Source: Candidatus Poribacteria bacterium
GTDB taxonomy: Bacteria > Poribacteria > WGA-4E > PCPOR2b
Direction: 5' to 3'
NCBI GenBank assembly: GCA_965208675.1
Contig: OZ242351.1
Location: 1,440,001-1,504,000 of the forward strand
Length of the DNA: 64,000 bases
The notes under the pieces were generated by a model. It made no database searches. It had not been told where the DNA came from and saw only the letters and a program-made list of their open reading frames with translations. The number at the start of each line of letters is the position of its first letter. Positions within the stretch are counted from its first letter, which is position 1. The translations under genes and the position numbers were made by a program. Of the stretch, positions 1-9,685 are shown one piece after another.

Positions 1-62
1 GCAACAATTTCGCGTTTGACAGTCGTCCCGGATTCTTGTAACCGAAACAATCTTTCAAGCAT
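1..62 (-). CDS. NCS2/AzgA-family nucleobase permease, 5' end only (runs off window)
   Basis: Reverse strand reads MLERLFRLQESGTTVKREIVA from the ATG at 62, with a GAGGTG RBS. This matches the typical 'F.L...GT.V..E..AG' N-terminus of AzgA/PbuG permeases. Confidence 0.7.
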   Translation of the reverse strand, partial: MLERLFRLQESGTTVKREIV

Positions 63-725
63 GCATCACCTCATTAAATCGAACGCATTTGACAGGTGTA
101 AGGTGAAAAAAAACACCAAAATTATTTCCATTTGAATGCCCTAAATTGTATTCCATTACACTTTAGATTGCAAGCGTTAATTTACAGGTGTTAATCCGGC
201 TAAAATACACAGTGACTGTAGATCGGGTACATCGGCGTTTCTAAGCGGAAAAAACCACGGCGTAACATCTCCGGTATGTCTATAACTTCATTTGATGATT
301 GAGGATGGCAACGAAACGGAAATTGGCGATTTACCGGTGAGCCGGTGTTGGTGGTTACCTTTTGTTAAAATGCACCGGCCCCCTTGTGGCGCGGGTTCAT
401 TGAAATCGAAAGGTAACCAAGAAAAAAGATCTTTACGTCTTTCGAGCGGATTGTTATGCGAATAATTTAGCAGTCATTATAGTAGAGATTTACGACTTTC
501 ACAGGCGGTTAATCGAATAGAATGTTAAGGCAATCGAGAGGTGAACAGGTGAAGCATTTGTTGGAGTTCAGGGATTTTCCATCTAATGGATTTTGGGTTT
601 GGTTAAGCGTGCGAGTAGGGAACGATCGACCGAACGAATGGTAAGGGCGAAAGCGTTAGCTCGCGATAGTTTTGGTGTCCGTGAAGACTAATTACAAATA
701 ATTTGCGCCAAGCAGACTTTTTTGT

Positions 726-755
726 TTGACATTCGGCATTTAGGTTGCGTATAAT
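726..755 (+). promoter_or_regulatory. Consensus sigma70 promoter
   Basis: TTGACA (726-731), 18-nt spacer, TATAAT (750-755). Confidence 0.7.
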
Positions 756-778
756 AATTGAACAATTCAAATCCGTGA

Positions 779-818
779 GGGGAGCGACATCCGCGAGGTG
801 TCTCTCCCTTTTTTTTTT
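779..818 (+). terminator. Intrinsic terminator-like hairpin
   Basis: GGGAGCGACATC-cgcga-GGTGTCTCTCCC followed by a run of about 11 T. Confidence 0.7.
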
Positions 819-844
819 GCGGTTAAAATCAGGAGGGTATATCA

Positions 845-1279
845 ATGGAAAATGGACGATTGCGGGGGGAGACGGTGCTGGCGTACACCTATTTTGAGAT
901 GTATCGTGATGCGGGGGATGAGCGCTCATTGGAGGCGCTGAGCGGCCAAGAGGTAACCGGGAAAAAGAGATCGGTTTCGATGATTAAGAAGTGGTCGGCG
1001 CAAAATGATTGGGGCGAGCGCGTTGCGGCATTTGATGCGGAGGCGGCGCGACGGGCAGCAGACGCATTATTAAGGCGCCGGGCATCTGAAATCGAAGTGT
1101 TTATTGAAACGGATATGAAAATTGCGTCGCGGGTTCAGGCGTTGTGCCTCAATCAACTTCAAGTTCTAGAAACCAAAACGGATTTCGGGGAACTACGGCA
1201 ACTAGTATTGACATACAAAGAGGCGCGGCTATGGATGATGGAGCTCACAGGCGCGCTGGAGGAGGACGTACAGACATGA
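845..1279 (+). CDS. Hypothetical protein resembling HTH/terminase small subunit-like proteins
   Basis: AGGAGG RBS; motif AY.YF..YRD.G..RSL...KWS...DW.ER..AFD recalled from phage terminase-small-subunit-like HTH proteins. Confidence 0.55.
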   Translation: MENGRLRGETVLAYTYFEMYRDAGDERSLEALSGQEVTGKKRSVSMIKKWSAQNDWGERVAAFDAEAARRAADALLRRRASEIEVFIETDMKIASRVQALCLNQLQVLETKTDFGELRQLVLTYKEARLWMMELTGALEEDVQT

Positions 1280-2298
1280 GAAAGCGAATGAAATTTCACG
1301 AAGTGCGCTACCCCAAAATAGGGGTATCTAAGAGTGGCAATTCAGAGGAACAATCCCTTGCGATGCCAGCGTCTGCACAAGCGGCATCAGAACCTACACA
1401 TGGCGAAATCTATATTCCGAAGGAGACACCGGAGGAGATTGAAAGGCGCGAAAGGCGGGAAAATGAACTAATCAGGATTGCACGGATGCATGGCAGCAAC
1501 ATTCCGGGTCGCGAAGATGTTATAGAAGTTAAAAACGAAAGAACGCACTATGACGGAAGTCGGACGGGCTGCAATATTGAGGATAGTTTAATCATGTTGA
1601 CGGATATCAAGACGGGCTTTTTCAGGGCGTGCGTCGAAAAGAATGGCGGAGGTTGGTACGGCTATCCTAATCCACAGCATCTGGAAAGATATGGACTGAG
1701 TCCGTACGAATATAATAAGAGGAAGTTCAAGGAAGAACACATTCCGGTGGTTAAAGCACGGGAAAGCGAAAACCTTGTCGTCGGACTGATATATCGCAAA
1801 GCGTATCACCGTGCAACAGCGGTCAGTCCGGGTTTCGGAAAATCGGCTGAGATTTTGGTTCAGGAGTGTTGGTTTAAGTGTTATCTTCCATGGACATGCC
1901 TAGAGAGGGACATTTCCCGTTCGGTTGAAGTTGCCAACAACATACTGCAAGAATTGGAGCCGGAGATTACAGAACTGGCTAAGATAGTTGAGGCTAAGAT
2001 TAAAGCCGAACGAAGACTCTGCAAGGCGGCAAGTGAGTATGGCAACGATGCTCCTTTTGGACCTGATGGTGTTCCAGAATGGGTTGACCTTCCAATGCCT
2101 CAGACTCGTGACGAGTTAAACCGGTTGGGAGCGCTTTACAATGAAGATCGGGCGGCGGATCGCCGCGTCAAGGAGAAAGAGGATGCGCATGATCAGGGAA
2201 AGATAGGCCCGAAAGGGTCGTATAGCTTACCTGACGTGTGGGATAGAGAGACTACCTTGGAAGACTTACAGAAGCGGGTAGCAACAGGAAGCCCGTAG
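1276..2298 (+). CDS. Hypothetical protein
   Basis: Long ORF. Likely start is the ATG at 1276, overlapping the upstream stop (ATGA) with a GGAGGA RBS. No recognisable motif. Confidence 0.6.
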   Translation: MRKRMKFHEVRYPKIGVSKSGNSEEQSLAMPASAQAASEPTHGEIYIPKETPEEIERRERRENELIRIARMHGSNIPGREDVIEVKNERTHYDGSRTGCNIEDSLIMLTDIKTGFFRACVEKNGGGWYGYPNPQHLERYGLSPYEYNKRKFKEEHIPVVKARESENLVVGLIYRKAYHRATAVSPGFGKSAEILVQECWFKCYLPWTCLERDISRSVEVANNILQELEPEITELAKIVEAKIKAERRLCKAASEYGNDAPFGPDGVPEWVDLPMPQTRDELNRLGALYNEDRAADRRVKEKEDAHDQGKIGPKGSYSLPDVWDRETTLEDLQKRVATGSP

Positions 2299-2346
2299 TT
2301 TTTGAAGGATGGGTAGAGCGGAGAAAATAGTTGACTCGACAAGTGT

Positions 2347-2829
2347 CGCGATTCGGAGATCGCTCGTACGGGGGATTGGATTCTAGAATACCGGCGATAG
2401 GATTTGGTGTCTGAACTGAAATTCTTTGATTAAATTATGGGCTATGATTTAGGGAGCGCATAATTCTTCCGTGTTGGTACGGAAGGCGATTGGCTGCCGC
2501 TGAAGTTCCTGTAGGTTGGGTAGAGCGGATTCATCCAAGAATCGACTATTAAAATACCGCCCTCTCAACCTCGCCGCGTATCAAATTCCATGAATGCAGC
2601 GGCACCCATCGCTTTTCTACCATCTGGAGGTTTCAAAAGCGTTGGGTTTCGCTATGCCAAAATTGAGAAGATCATCGTAGGGAATTTGGACGACGATTGG
2701 GTGATGTGACGGTGTTGGCGCTATCCGCTCTACCCAACCTACAAGAGTGGAAACGGCCGCGATTCGGAGATCGCTCCTACAGAAGGTTGTGTGGTTACAT
2801 TAGATAGGAGGGAATTTCGATTCCCGACG
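2347..2829. repeat. Cluster of GTAG-family REP-like elements
   Basis: CGCGATTCGGAGATCGCTC(G/C)TAC at 2347-2369 and 2758-2780; an inverted relative at 2805-2829; a perfect 21-bp inverted pair at 2510-2530 / 2723-2743. Confidence 0.75.
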
Positions 2830-2899
2830 ACGGGTTCAGTTTTTGTAGGTAGGGCAGCGCCGATTCACCGAAAATCGCCAACCAAAAAGAACCACCGTG

Positions 2900-3196
2900 T
2901 TAATCTTCGGTTAATGATGTCGTTCGAGGCCGAACAACTTTATAGACAGTTTCACCGGGTTTGATAAAACCGAATCGCCGTACGAGCCGCTCTTGGTCGA
3001 GTTCGTCGGTCTGGAGGTTTTCGACTCTCGTTCTCAGGCGATCCCTCTTCAATTCAAGCGCGCTTAACTCGTCCAAATATTCCTGTTTAATCTGACGTGC
3101 TTTCTGCCAATTCTGATATTCACCGACGAACCGATAAGCACTGATGATTAAGACGGGAAATGTGATGATTAACAGCCAAGATTGAAGAAATCGCAT
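2900..3196 (-). CDS. Septum formation initiator family protein (FtsB/DivIC-like)
   Basis: N-terminal TM helix, coiled coil, C-terminal E...R..FG.IKPGE.VY motif. Confidence 0.8.
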   Translation of the reverse strand: MRFLQSWLLIITFPVLIISAYRFVGEYQNWQKARQIKQEYLDELSALELKRDRLRTRVENLQTDELDQERLVRRFGFIKPGETVYKVVRPRTTSLTED

Positions 3197-3211
3197 GAGG
3201 ATGGTTCCGAA

Positions 3212-3253
3212 TTAATGAGTAATGTGTAATGAGAAATGCGCAATGCGTAATGA
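3212..3253. repeat. Degenerate heptamer tandem repeat (6 units)
   Basis: ttaatga-gtaatgt-gtaatga-gaaatgc-gcaatgc-gtaatga. Confidence 0.65.
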
Positions 3254-3259
3254 CTGTGG

Positions 3260-4057
3260 TTAGTGAGAATTTGATCCCCAGAGGTCGTGATTATCTGTAA
3301 GAATTTCCGGGCCTTCGGGGAGAATTGCGACGGTATGTTCGAATAGCGCAGAAATGCGCCGATCTGCCGTGACCGCTGTCCAGCCGTCTTCGAGCGTTTC
3401 AGATTCGTGTGTACCTGCGTTGGTCATGGCTTCGATGGCGAGGACTGTACCGGGCCTTAATCGAACGCCTCTGCCGGGTTCTCCGTAATTGGGAACCTGA
3501 GGCTCCTCGTGTAAATTCCGCCCAATTCCGTGACCAACAAAATCTCGCACTACTGAGAATCCGTGACTTTCCACATGGGTTTGCAATGCGGAACAGGCGT
3601 CGCCGAGTCGACTTCCCGGCTTGGCGGCGTCAATTGCTTTATAGAGTGCGTTTTTGGAGACTTCCAGTAGACTTTGCGCTTCCGGTTCAATGTCTCCGAC
3701 AGGAAACGTGTAAGCATTATCCCCATGAAATCCATTGAGATAGACTGCGGTGTCAATTCCAATAATATCGCCCTCTTTTAGAATACAGTCCTTCCTTGGA
3801 ATGCCGTGAACAATTTCCTCGTTAATTGAAACGCAAATAGTTGCTGGATATGGCGGGTGATGCGGAAGTTGATACCCCAAAAACGATGAAATACCGCCAA
3901 GTTTCTTAATGGCATCCCGGGAGATTTGATCCAATTCGTAAGTTGAAATACCTGGGCTTACAGCTTCTCCGATTGTTTGAAGTACAATTGACGCGGCTTT
4001 TCCGCTGCGCCGCATTGTCTCGATTTCAGACCGGGACTTGATTCTGACTTTATTCAT
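3260..4057 (-). CDS. map: Type I methionine aminopeptidase
   Basis: CVSINEEIVHGIP, GHGIG..LHEEP and FEHT motifs. Confidence 0.95.
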   Translation of the reverse strand: MNKVRIKSRSEIETMRRSGKAASIVLQTIGEAVSPGISTYELDQISRDAIKKLGGISSFLGYQLPHHPPYPATICVSINEEIVHGIPRKDCILKEGDIIGIDTAVYLNGFHGDNAYTFPVGDIEPEAQSLLEVSKNALYKAIDAAKPGSRLGDACSALQTHVESHGFSVVRDFVGHGIGRNLHEEPQVPNYGEPGRGVRLRPGTVLAIEAMTNAGTHESETLEDGWTAVTADRRISALFEHTVAILPEGPEILTDNHDLWGSNSH

Positions 4058-4167
4058 TTAACGCTTTTCCTAGGCAAACTTCTCCAATTGTAGACCTTAG
4101 CGCCTTGCGCACGAAGTAATTCTCCGGTACGATATAACGATTGATTCCGCAAAAGGGATTCAGTAAG

Positions 4168-5556
4168 CTAAGCAACAATCTCACCACGCAAAGTGTGCGC
4201 AGTCGCAGAATTGATATTCACCTGCACGATATCGCCAATTTTTGAATTTTCTTTCGGAAACACAATTGTTTTGAAGCTGTCAGATCTACCGTGGTATTCA
4301 TCTGCGTTGCGGCGAGACTGTCCTTCGACCAACACATTCGTGTTGCAGCCAACCAACTCCTGATTGATTTCAAGCGAAATTTTCTCTTGCAACGAAATAA
4401 TCTCCCGTAATCGCCTTCCCTTTTCCGTGCTGCTCACATCGTCATCTAGCAACTTGTAAGCAAGCGTACCTTCACGAGGCGAGTATTTGAACATGAATGC
4501 GGAATCGAATCGGATTTCATCCATGAGGCGGTAGGTTTCCATGAAATCGTGCTCAGTCTCGCCGCAGAAGCCGACGATAATATCAGTTGAAATGGCGAGA
4601 TTCGGAATGCGGCCGCGCATATTCGCCACAAGCTCGCGGTAGGCTTCGGCCGTGTATGTCCGCCGCATGGCTTTAAGCGTTTTCGTGGAGCCGGATTGCA
4701 GTGGAAGATGTATTTGTTTACAGACTTTATCGCCACCTGCAATGGCTTCAATCATGCCGTCTGTTGCGTCACTTGGATGCGGCGATGTAAATCGTATGCG
4801 TTCGATGCCCTCTATATCGTTAATTGCAAAGAGCAAATCTCCAAAATCGTGCGCTCCATCGTGGTACGAGTTCACCGTCTGGCCGAGGAGGACAACCTCT
4901 TTAAACCCGTCGTCAACTAACCGCTTAACCTCATTGACTAACAGCTTTGCCGGAACACTGCGTTCGCGGCCGCGCACGAACGGCACAATGCAAAACGTGC
5001 ACATCTTGTCACAGCCTCGTTGCACGGTCAACCACGCCCGTATTCCGTCCTTACGAATTGGCGCGATGTCGGCGTAGTCTTCGTCTTGGTCAAGCTTCAA
5101 ATTTACAAACGCATCACCTGCCGCCACTGAACGGAGCGCCGCGGGAAGGCTGCGATAGGCGTCGGGACCTAGGACCAGATCCAGGTATGGCGCGGCGTCA
5201 AGCATTTTTGACCGGGTATGCTGCGCCATGCAACCACAGACACCCAGAATAAGGTTGGGTTGCAGCCGTTTGCGATGATTGAGTTGTTTGAGACGATTAA
5301 GTACCTTGGTTTCAGCGTTATCACGTATGGCACAAGTATTGAGTAGGACTACATCAGCGTCCTCTAACCCATCGGCAGTTTCGTAACCGTTTTCCACCAA
5401 GATACCCGCCAGCAACTCGCTGTCACTCACATTCATCTGACACCCATACGTCTCTATGTAGACACGTCTTGAGGCGTGTAGTTGAATCGCCGATTCGACT
5501 GCCGGCGCAGCAGTGTATATTGGCAGTTGGGATTGAATTGGAATTTTGGATTTCAC
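4168..5556 (-). CDS. miaB: tRNA i6A37 methylthiotransferase MiaB
   Basis: TYGCQMN, NTCAIR, GCMAQ, CDKMCTFC radical SAM motif, FKYSPREGT and a C-terminal TRAM domain. Confidence 0.93.
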   Translation of the reverse strand: MKSKIPIQSQLPIYTAAPAVESAIQLHASRRVYIETYGCQMNVSDSELLAGILVENGYETADGLEDADVVLLNTCAIRDNAETKVLNRLKQLNHRKRLQPNLILGVCGCMAQHTRSKMLDAAPYLDLVLGPDAYRSLPAALRSVAAGDAFVNLKLDQDEDYADIAPIRKDGIRAWLTVQRGCDKMCTFCIVPFVRGRERSVPAKLLVNEVKRLVDDGFKEVVLLGQTVNSYHDGAHDFGDLLFAINDIEGIERIRFTSPHPSDATDGMIEAIAGGDKVCKQIHLPLQSGSTKTLKAMRRTYTAEAYRELVANMRGRIPNLAISTDIIVGFCGETEHDFMETYRLMDEIRFDSAFMFKYSPREGTLAYKLLDDDVSSTEKGRRLREIISLQEKISLEINQELVGCNTNVLVEGQSRRNADEYHGRSDSFKTIVFPKENSKIGDIVQVNINSATAHTLRGEIVA

Positions 5557-5937
5557 GGTTTAATCCTGTTCGACACGACCTAAACCACGGTAGGCGTTGC
5601 GCTATCCGGATGCATCTCACCGAGTGGTATTATACTCATGACTGTAGCCATTATGCAAGCGAAATCACGAGTTTCCAGTTATAATTCAATCTACCCCGCA
5701 GCATGGAATTTGAAGCACAGATAGACGCGGTTAAAGAAATTTGCAGAAATCGAATTATTGTGTATAATATCTCTTCAAAACGCATTTTGCCGTAACATAA
5801 GCACTTCGTCATTGCAGAGCAGACGGTGTAGAATCTGCAGCTTTCCTAAAAAGATTGTCGTGCAAAGGTTTGCCTGAAATCAAACGGCCGCCGCCCGTTG
5901 ATACGAAAAAACTACGGATTTATCTAAGGAGAAATTA

Positions 5938-6990
5938 ATGCCAATATTTACGCAAGCACAGTTGAATCGGATTTCTACCGAGATTTTTGAAGCATCGTCT
6001 GTGCCGCCGGAAGAAGCGCAAACAATCAGTGAACTGCTTGTTGACGCGAACCTAGTGGGACATGACTCGCACGGCGTAATTCGAATTCCGCAGTATATCA
6101 AGCGGCTCAGGAATGGTGATATCCATCCGGGCGCGCCAATGGAGATTGAACGCGAGTCTCCATCGCATGCCGTAATTAACGGCAACTGGGGGTTTGGACA
6201 AGTTATCGGCAAAAAGGCGATGTCGCTCGCAATCCGCAAAGCGCAATCCAGTGTTATAAGCGCCGTAAGCATTTACGACTGTAACCATATCGGACGACTT
6301 GCCAGCTATACCATGATGGCGGCTGACCAGGGGCTGATTGGGATAACAATGTTGAATGCCGGCGGCGCGGCGCTATCGGTGGCTGCGTTTGGCGGCATCG
6401 ATAGACGACTCGGCACAAACCCGATTTCTGTCGCGGTGCCGGCTGGGGAGGCGGATTCGATTGTTTTGGATATCACCAGCAGCGTTGTGGCACAGGGGAA
6501 GATTGATGTGGCTGTTAATCGCGGCGATTCTGTTCCGCTTGGTTGGCTGATTGACGGCAAAGGTGAACCCACTACCGATCCACAGGATTTCGACAGTCCG
6601 TCCCCCGGTTCGATACTGCCGCTCGGCGGCTTGGCGGGACACAAGGGTTTTGGGCTAGGTTTAATCATTGACGTGTTAGCAGGTACACTGTCCGGGGGCG
6701 GCTGCAGCGGCTCAAATAATACCCGGGTCTGCAACGCCACGTTGATGATTGCCATTGACATCGTTAAGTTTATTCCACTCGAAGATTACGACCGCCATAT
6801 AGATAACCTTGTGGAGTTCATGAAATGTTCACAATTAGCCCCAGGTTTTGATGAAGTGTTGATGCCCGGTGAAATCGAGTCGCGCCAGAAACAGCAGCGT
6901 TTAAGTGAAGGGATTCCGGTCGATGACGAAACATGGCGCCAGATTCAGGAAACGGCGGCAAATGTCGGCATATCGCAACTCAAATATTGA
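5938..6990 (+). CDS. Type 2 malate/L-lactate dehydrogenase family (Ldh_2) oxidoreductase
   Basis: GHDSHG, NHIGRL, GTNPI and GHKGFGL motifs. Confidence 0.9.
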   Translation: MPIFTQAQLNRISTEIFEASSVPPEEAQTISELLVDANLVGHDSHGVIRIPQYIKRLRNGDIHPGAPMEIERESPSHAVINGNWGFGQVIGKKAMSLAIRKAQSSVISAVSIYDCNHIGRLASYTMMAADQGLIGITMLNAGGAALSVAAFGGIDRRLGTNPISVAVPAGEADSIVLDITSSVVAQGKIDVAVNRGDSVPLGWLIDGKGEPTTDPQDFDSPSPGSILPLGGLAGHKGFGLGLIIDVLAGTLSGGGCSGSNNTRVCNATLMIAIDIVKFIPLEDYDRHIDNLVEFMKCSQLAPGFDEVLMPGEIESRQKQQRLSEGIPVDDETWRQIQETAANVGISQLKY

Positions 6991-7125
6991 TTTGGTATTA
7001 CGACGGAATTATTACTTATATGAGAACTATTATCAAGCCCTTATTGACGCGGCTCCACTCACGGTAATGCGGATTCGGCCAAATACCAAGAATTTGACGT
7101 AGAAACGTTCCAAAGGGATACGAAC

Positions 7126-8022
7126 ATGGATAAGCAGGGCGACTTCAAATCTGGTTACGTCTCCATTATAGGCGAACCGAATGTCGGGAAATCAACCCTG
7201 TTGAACGCGGTGATGGGAGAAAAATTAGCCATCGTCACGCCCAAGCCGCAGACGACCCGCAATCGAATCACGGGCATTGTCACCACAGATGAATATCAGA
7301 TTGTATTTCTGGATACGCCCGGCATACTCAAGCCAAAATACCGCCTTCATACCCGTATGTTGGACGCAGCATACAGTGCACTGAAAGACGCCGATCTTAC
7401 GCTGTATTTAGTTGACGTGCACCATATATCCACCCCCGCCGCGGAACAAATTCTTGCCGCGATAAGGAAAAATGGGCAGAAATCAATTTTAGTGATAAAC
7501 AAGATAGATTTGGCGCCAAAGCAGGTGCTGTTGCCAATTATCGAAACGTATAAAAAAGAGCCCCTGTTCGCTGAGATTGTCCCGATTTCTGCGAAGACTA
7601 GGGACGGCGTTGGACAACTTCTGCGGCTTATCGTTAAATTCCTACCTGAAGGGCAACTCTTTTTCCCCGCCGACCAAATAAGCGATTTGCCGGAGCGATT
7701 CTTTGCGGCGGAAACGATACGTGAAAAGATACTCCTTAAAACGCAGCAAGAAATTCCTTACGCTTCAAGCGTCGCCATCACAGAATTCAATCAACGGGCA
7801 AATGGGACAATTTTCATTAGTGCTACGATTTATTCCGAACGGCCATCCCAAAAGCGAATATTGATTGGGAAAGGAGGGGAAATGATTAAAATCATTGGGC
7901 AACTAGCGCGAATTGAAATACAAAAATTCTTGAATGCTTCGGTGTTTCTGGACTTGCATGTTTCGGTCAAGAAAAACTGGCGGCAAGATGAAAAGAAACT
8001 CAGAGATATGGGATTTACGTGA
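7126..8022 (+). CDS. era: GTPase Era
   Basis: GEPNVGKST, PQTTR, DTPG, NKID and a KH domain with ILIGKGG. Confidence 0.95.
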   Translation: MDKQGDFKSGYVSIIGEPNVGKSTLLNAVMGEKLAIVTPKPQTTRNRITGIVTTDEYQIVFLDTPGILKPKYRLHTRMLDAAYSALKDADLTLYLVDVHHISTPAAEQILAAIRKNGQKSILVINKIDLAPKQVLLPIIETYKKEPLFAEIVPISAKTRDGVGQLLRLIVKFLPEGQLFFPADQISDLPERFFAAETIREKILLKTQQEIPYASSVAITEFNQRANGTIFISATIYSERPSQKRILIGKGGEMIKIIGQLARIEIQKFLNASVFLDLHVSVKKNWRQDEKKLRDMGFT

Positions 8023-8258
8023 AAAAAAATTGTCCCAACTTATTTTAACGAGTTTTAGCAATAGCGCGGTTTCCCGATATCATTGGTTCAAAATCTTGAA
8101 ATCAGCGGTGAAAAATAAGCATAAAAATGCTTGATCCGATTTAGATTTTTTGCTAGACTATCATCCAAATCTGGACTCGTGCCCGTTTTGAAATATTATA
8201 ATTATTAGGCTTAGATACTACCAGCACTGCTTAATCTGTATCCATCCCTTGATTCGAA

Positions 8259-9413
8259 ATGAAGACAGTATTGATTTCGGACAGAGTTAGCGGCGATTCC
8301 CCTGACTCATCCGACCCATCTGCACCGCACCAGCCGCCCGAATATCCATCGGCCGCCCCAACTTCAGCCGTACGTACACCTCACAATACAGGATTGAATC
8401 AGGCATTAACTTTCGATCGATTTGTGGTAGGTGAAAGCAACCAAAAGGCTTACGAAGCTGCGCTCGCTTTGACCGACCAAACCGCCCAGGTAGACAAGTT
8501 AATTGTCCACGGCGGCGTTGGACTTGGCAAAACCCATTTGCTGCACGCCATCGGGAACCACTTTAGACAAAAAAATCTGAATCATACCATGTACTGCCCA
8601 TCCGCTGAAAAATACGTGGGCGAATGGATTCAGTCGATAGCAAGTCCGCAGAAATCAAATACGTTACGACAGCGGTACCACACCATTGATTTGTTATTGA
8701 TTGACGACATTCACTTTTTATCCAAGCACTCGAAAATTCAGGCTGAGTTTTTTCATTTACTCAAGCACTTGAGCCAGCAAAACCAGCGAATTGTCTGTAC
8801 GTGCGATCGACTGCCCCGGTTTCTCAAAGACCACTTAGCGTCTTCAAATGTCCTCAATAACGGCTTAATCGTTGAAATTTCTCCGCCTGAATTCGACTTA
8901 CGGGTTTCGATACTAGAGCGAAAGCTGCGGGAACGGAATTGGGGACCTGTTCCGTCAAGGGTGCTAGATTATTTAGCCAAGCATCTAACACAACACGTGC
9001 GCCAGCTCGAAGGCGCATTGAATCGCCTCATGGCGGAAGCTGGTTTGGGATCGAAATTGGATCTTGAGATTGCACGCCGCGTCTTGGAGAAGCGGTCAAA
9101 CTTGAGTGTTTCGGGCGCAATCACGCTTGAAACGATTCAAGAGGCAGTGGCTCGATACTTCAATCTTACGTTATCGGATTTATGTTCTCGAAAGCGTGCT
9201 CGACGATTCGTGCTTCCACGTCAAGTCGGGATGTACCTTGCCCGCGAGCTAACCGAGCTTTCCCATTCCCAAATCAGCCTAGGTTTTGGCCAAAGCCATC
9301 ATACTACCGTGATCCGGAGTTGCCAACGTATCAATTCACTCCTCAATGGAGATTTAGTTCTCAGCCAATCTATTGAATCGTTGAAATCAGAACTGACGCA
9401 ACCCCAAAATTGA
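8259..9413 (+). CDS. dnaA: DnaA-family protein, N-terminally truncated and divergent
   Basis: TFDRFVVGESN, GGVGLGKTHL, LLIDDIHF, VRQLEGAL and domain IV RQVGMYL...HTTV. Domain I is absent. Confidence 0.75.
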   Translation: MKTVLISDRVSGDSPDSSDPSAPHQPPEYPSAAPTSAVRTPHNTGLNQALTFDRFVVGESNQKAYEAALALTDQTAQVDKLIVHGGVGLGKTHLLHAIGNHFRQKNLNHTMYCPSAEKYVGEWIQSIASPQKSNTLRQRYHTIDLLLIDDIHFLSKHSKIQAEFFHLLKHLSQQNQRIVCTCDRLPRFLKDHLASSNVLNNGLIVEISPPEFDLRVSILERKLRERNWGPVPSRVLDYLAKHLTQHVRQLEGALNRLMAEAGLGSKLDLEIARRVLEKRSNLSVSGAITLETIQEAVARYFNLTLSDLCSRKRARRFVLPRQVGMYLARELTELSHSQISLGFGQSHHTTVIRSCQRINSLLNGDLVLSQSIESLKSELTQPQN

Positions 9414-9539
9414 ACAGATTATTTCCGTTTACTTTGATCCGGAGAATCGTGGAAAGATTCAACCTCCACACTTAACTAACGTTTACCGATAAAATCGCTG
9501 CAAGTCTTTTACTAATCTCCCATCCTCCTCTCAGACTTA

Positions 9540-9572
9540 AGGGGCAGGTTACATACCTGCCCCTACTTTTTT
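9540..9572 (+). terminator. REP-like hairpin acting as terminator after the dnaA-like gene
   Basis: AGGGGCAGGT-tacat-ACCTGCCCCT followed by ACTTTTTT. Confidence 0.7.
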
Positions 9573-9584
9573 GATTATCACTGA

Positions 9585-9614
9585 TTGACATCATCAGGCG
9601 GTATGGTGTATCAT
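9585..9614 (+). promoter_or_regulatory. Putative sigma70 promoter for the NUDIX gene
   Basis: TTGACA-N18-TATCAT. Confidence 0.45.
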
Positions 9615-9685
9615 TTGCCCGTCACCAAGCCGTATGCGATTATAATCACATCATTGGACATTTTCTTACGGAATGGAATTGAACA

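Noticed and set aside
63-600. Purine riboswitch upstream of the NCS2 permease
   Set aside because: Could not find the conserved aptamer core on the minus strand by eye. An Infernal search would be needed.
744-772. dif-like site (GTTGCGTATAA resembles a XerC arm)
   Set aside because: No TTATGTTAAAT-like XerD arm at the 6-bp spacing. Better explained as the -10 box.
845-2298. Intact prophage
   Set aside because: No large terminase, portal, capsid or integrase nearby.
2308-2860. CRISPR array
   Set aside because: Repeats are in mixed orientation, irregularly spaced and of different families. No cas genes.
8023-9685. Replication origin around dnaA
   Set aside because: No cluster of DnaA boxes noticed, no dnaN/gyrB/rpmH context, and the DnaA is degenerate.
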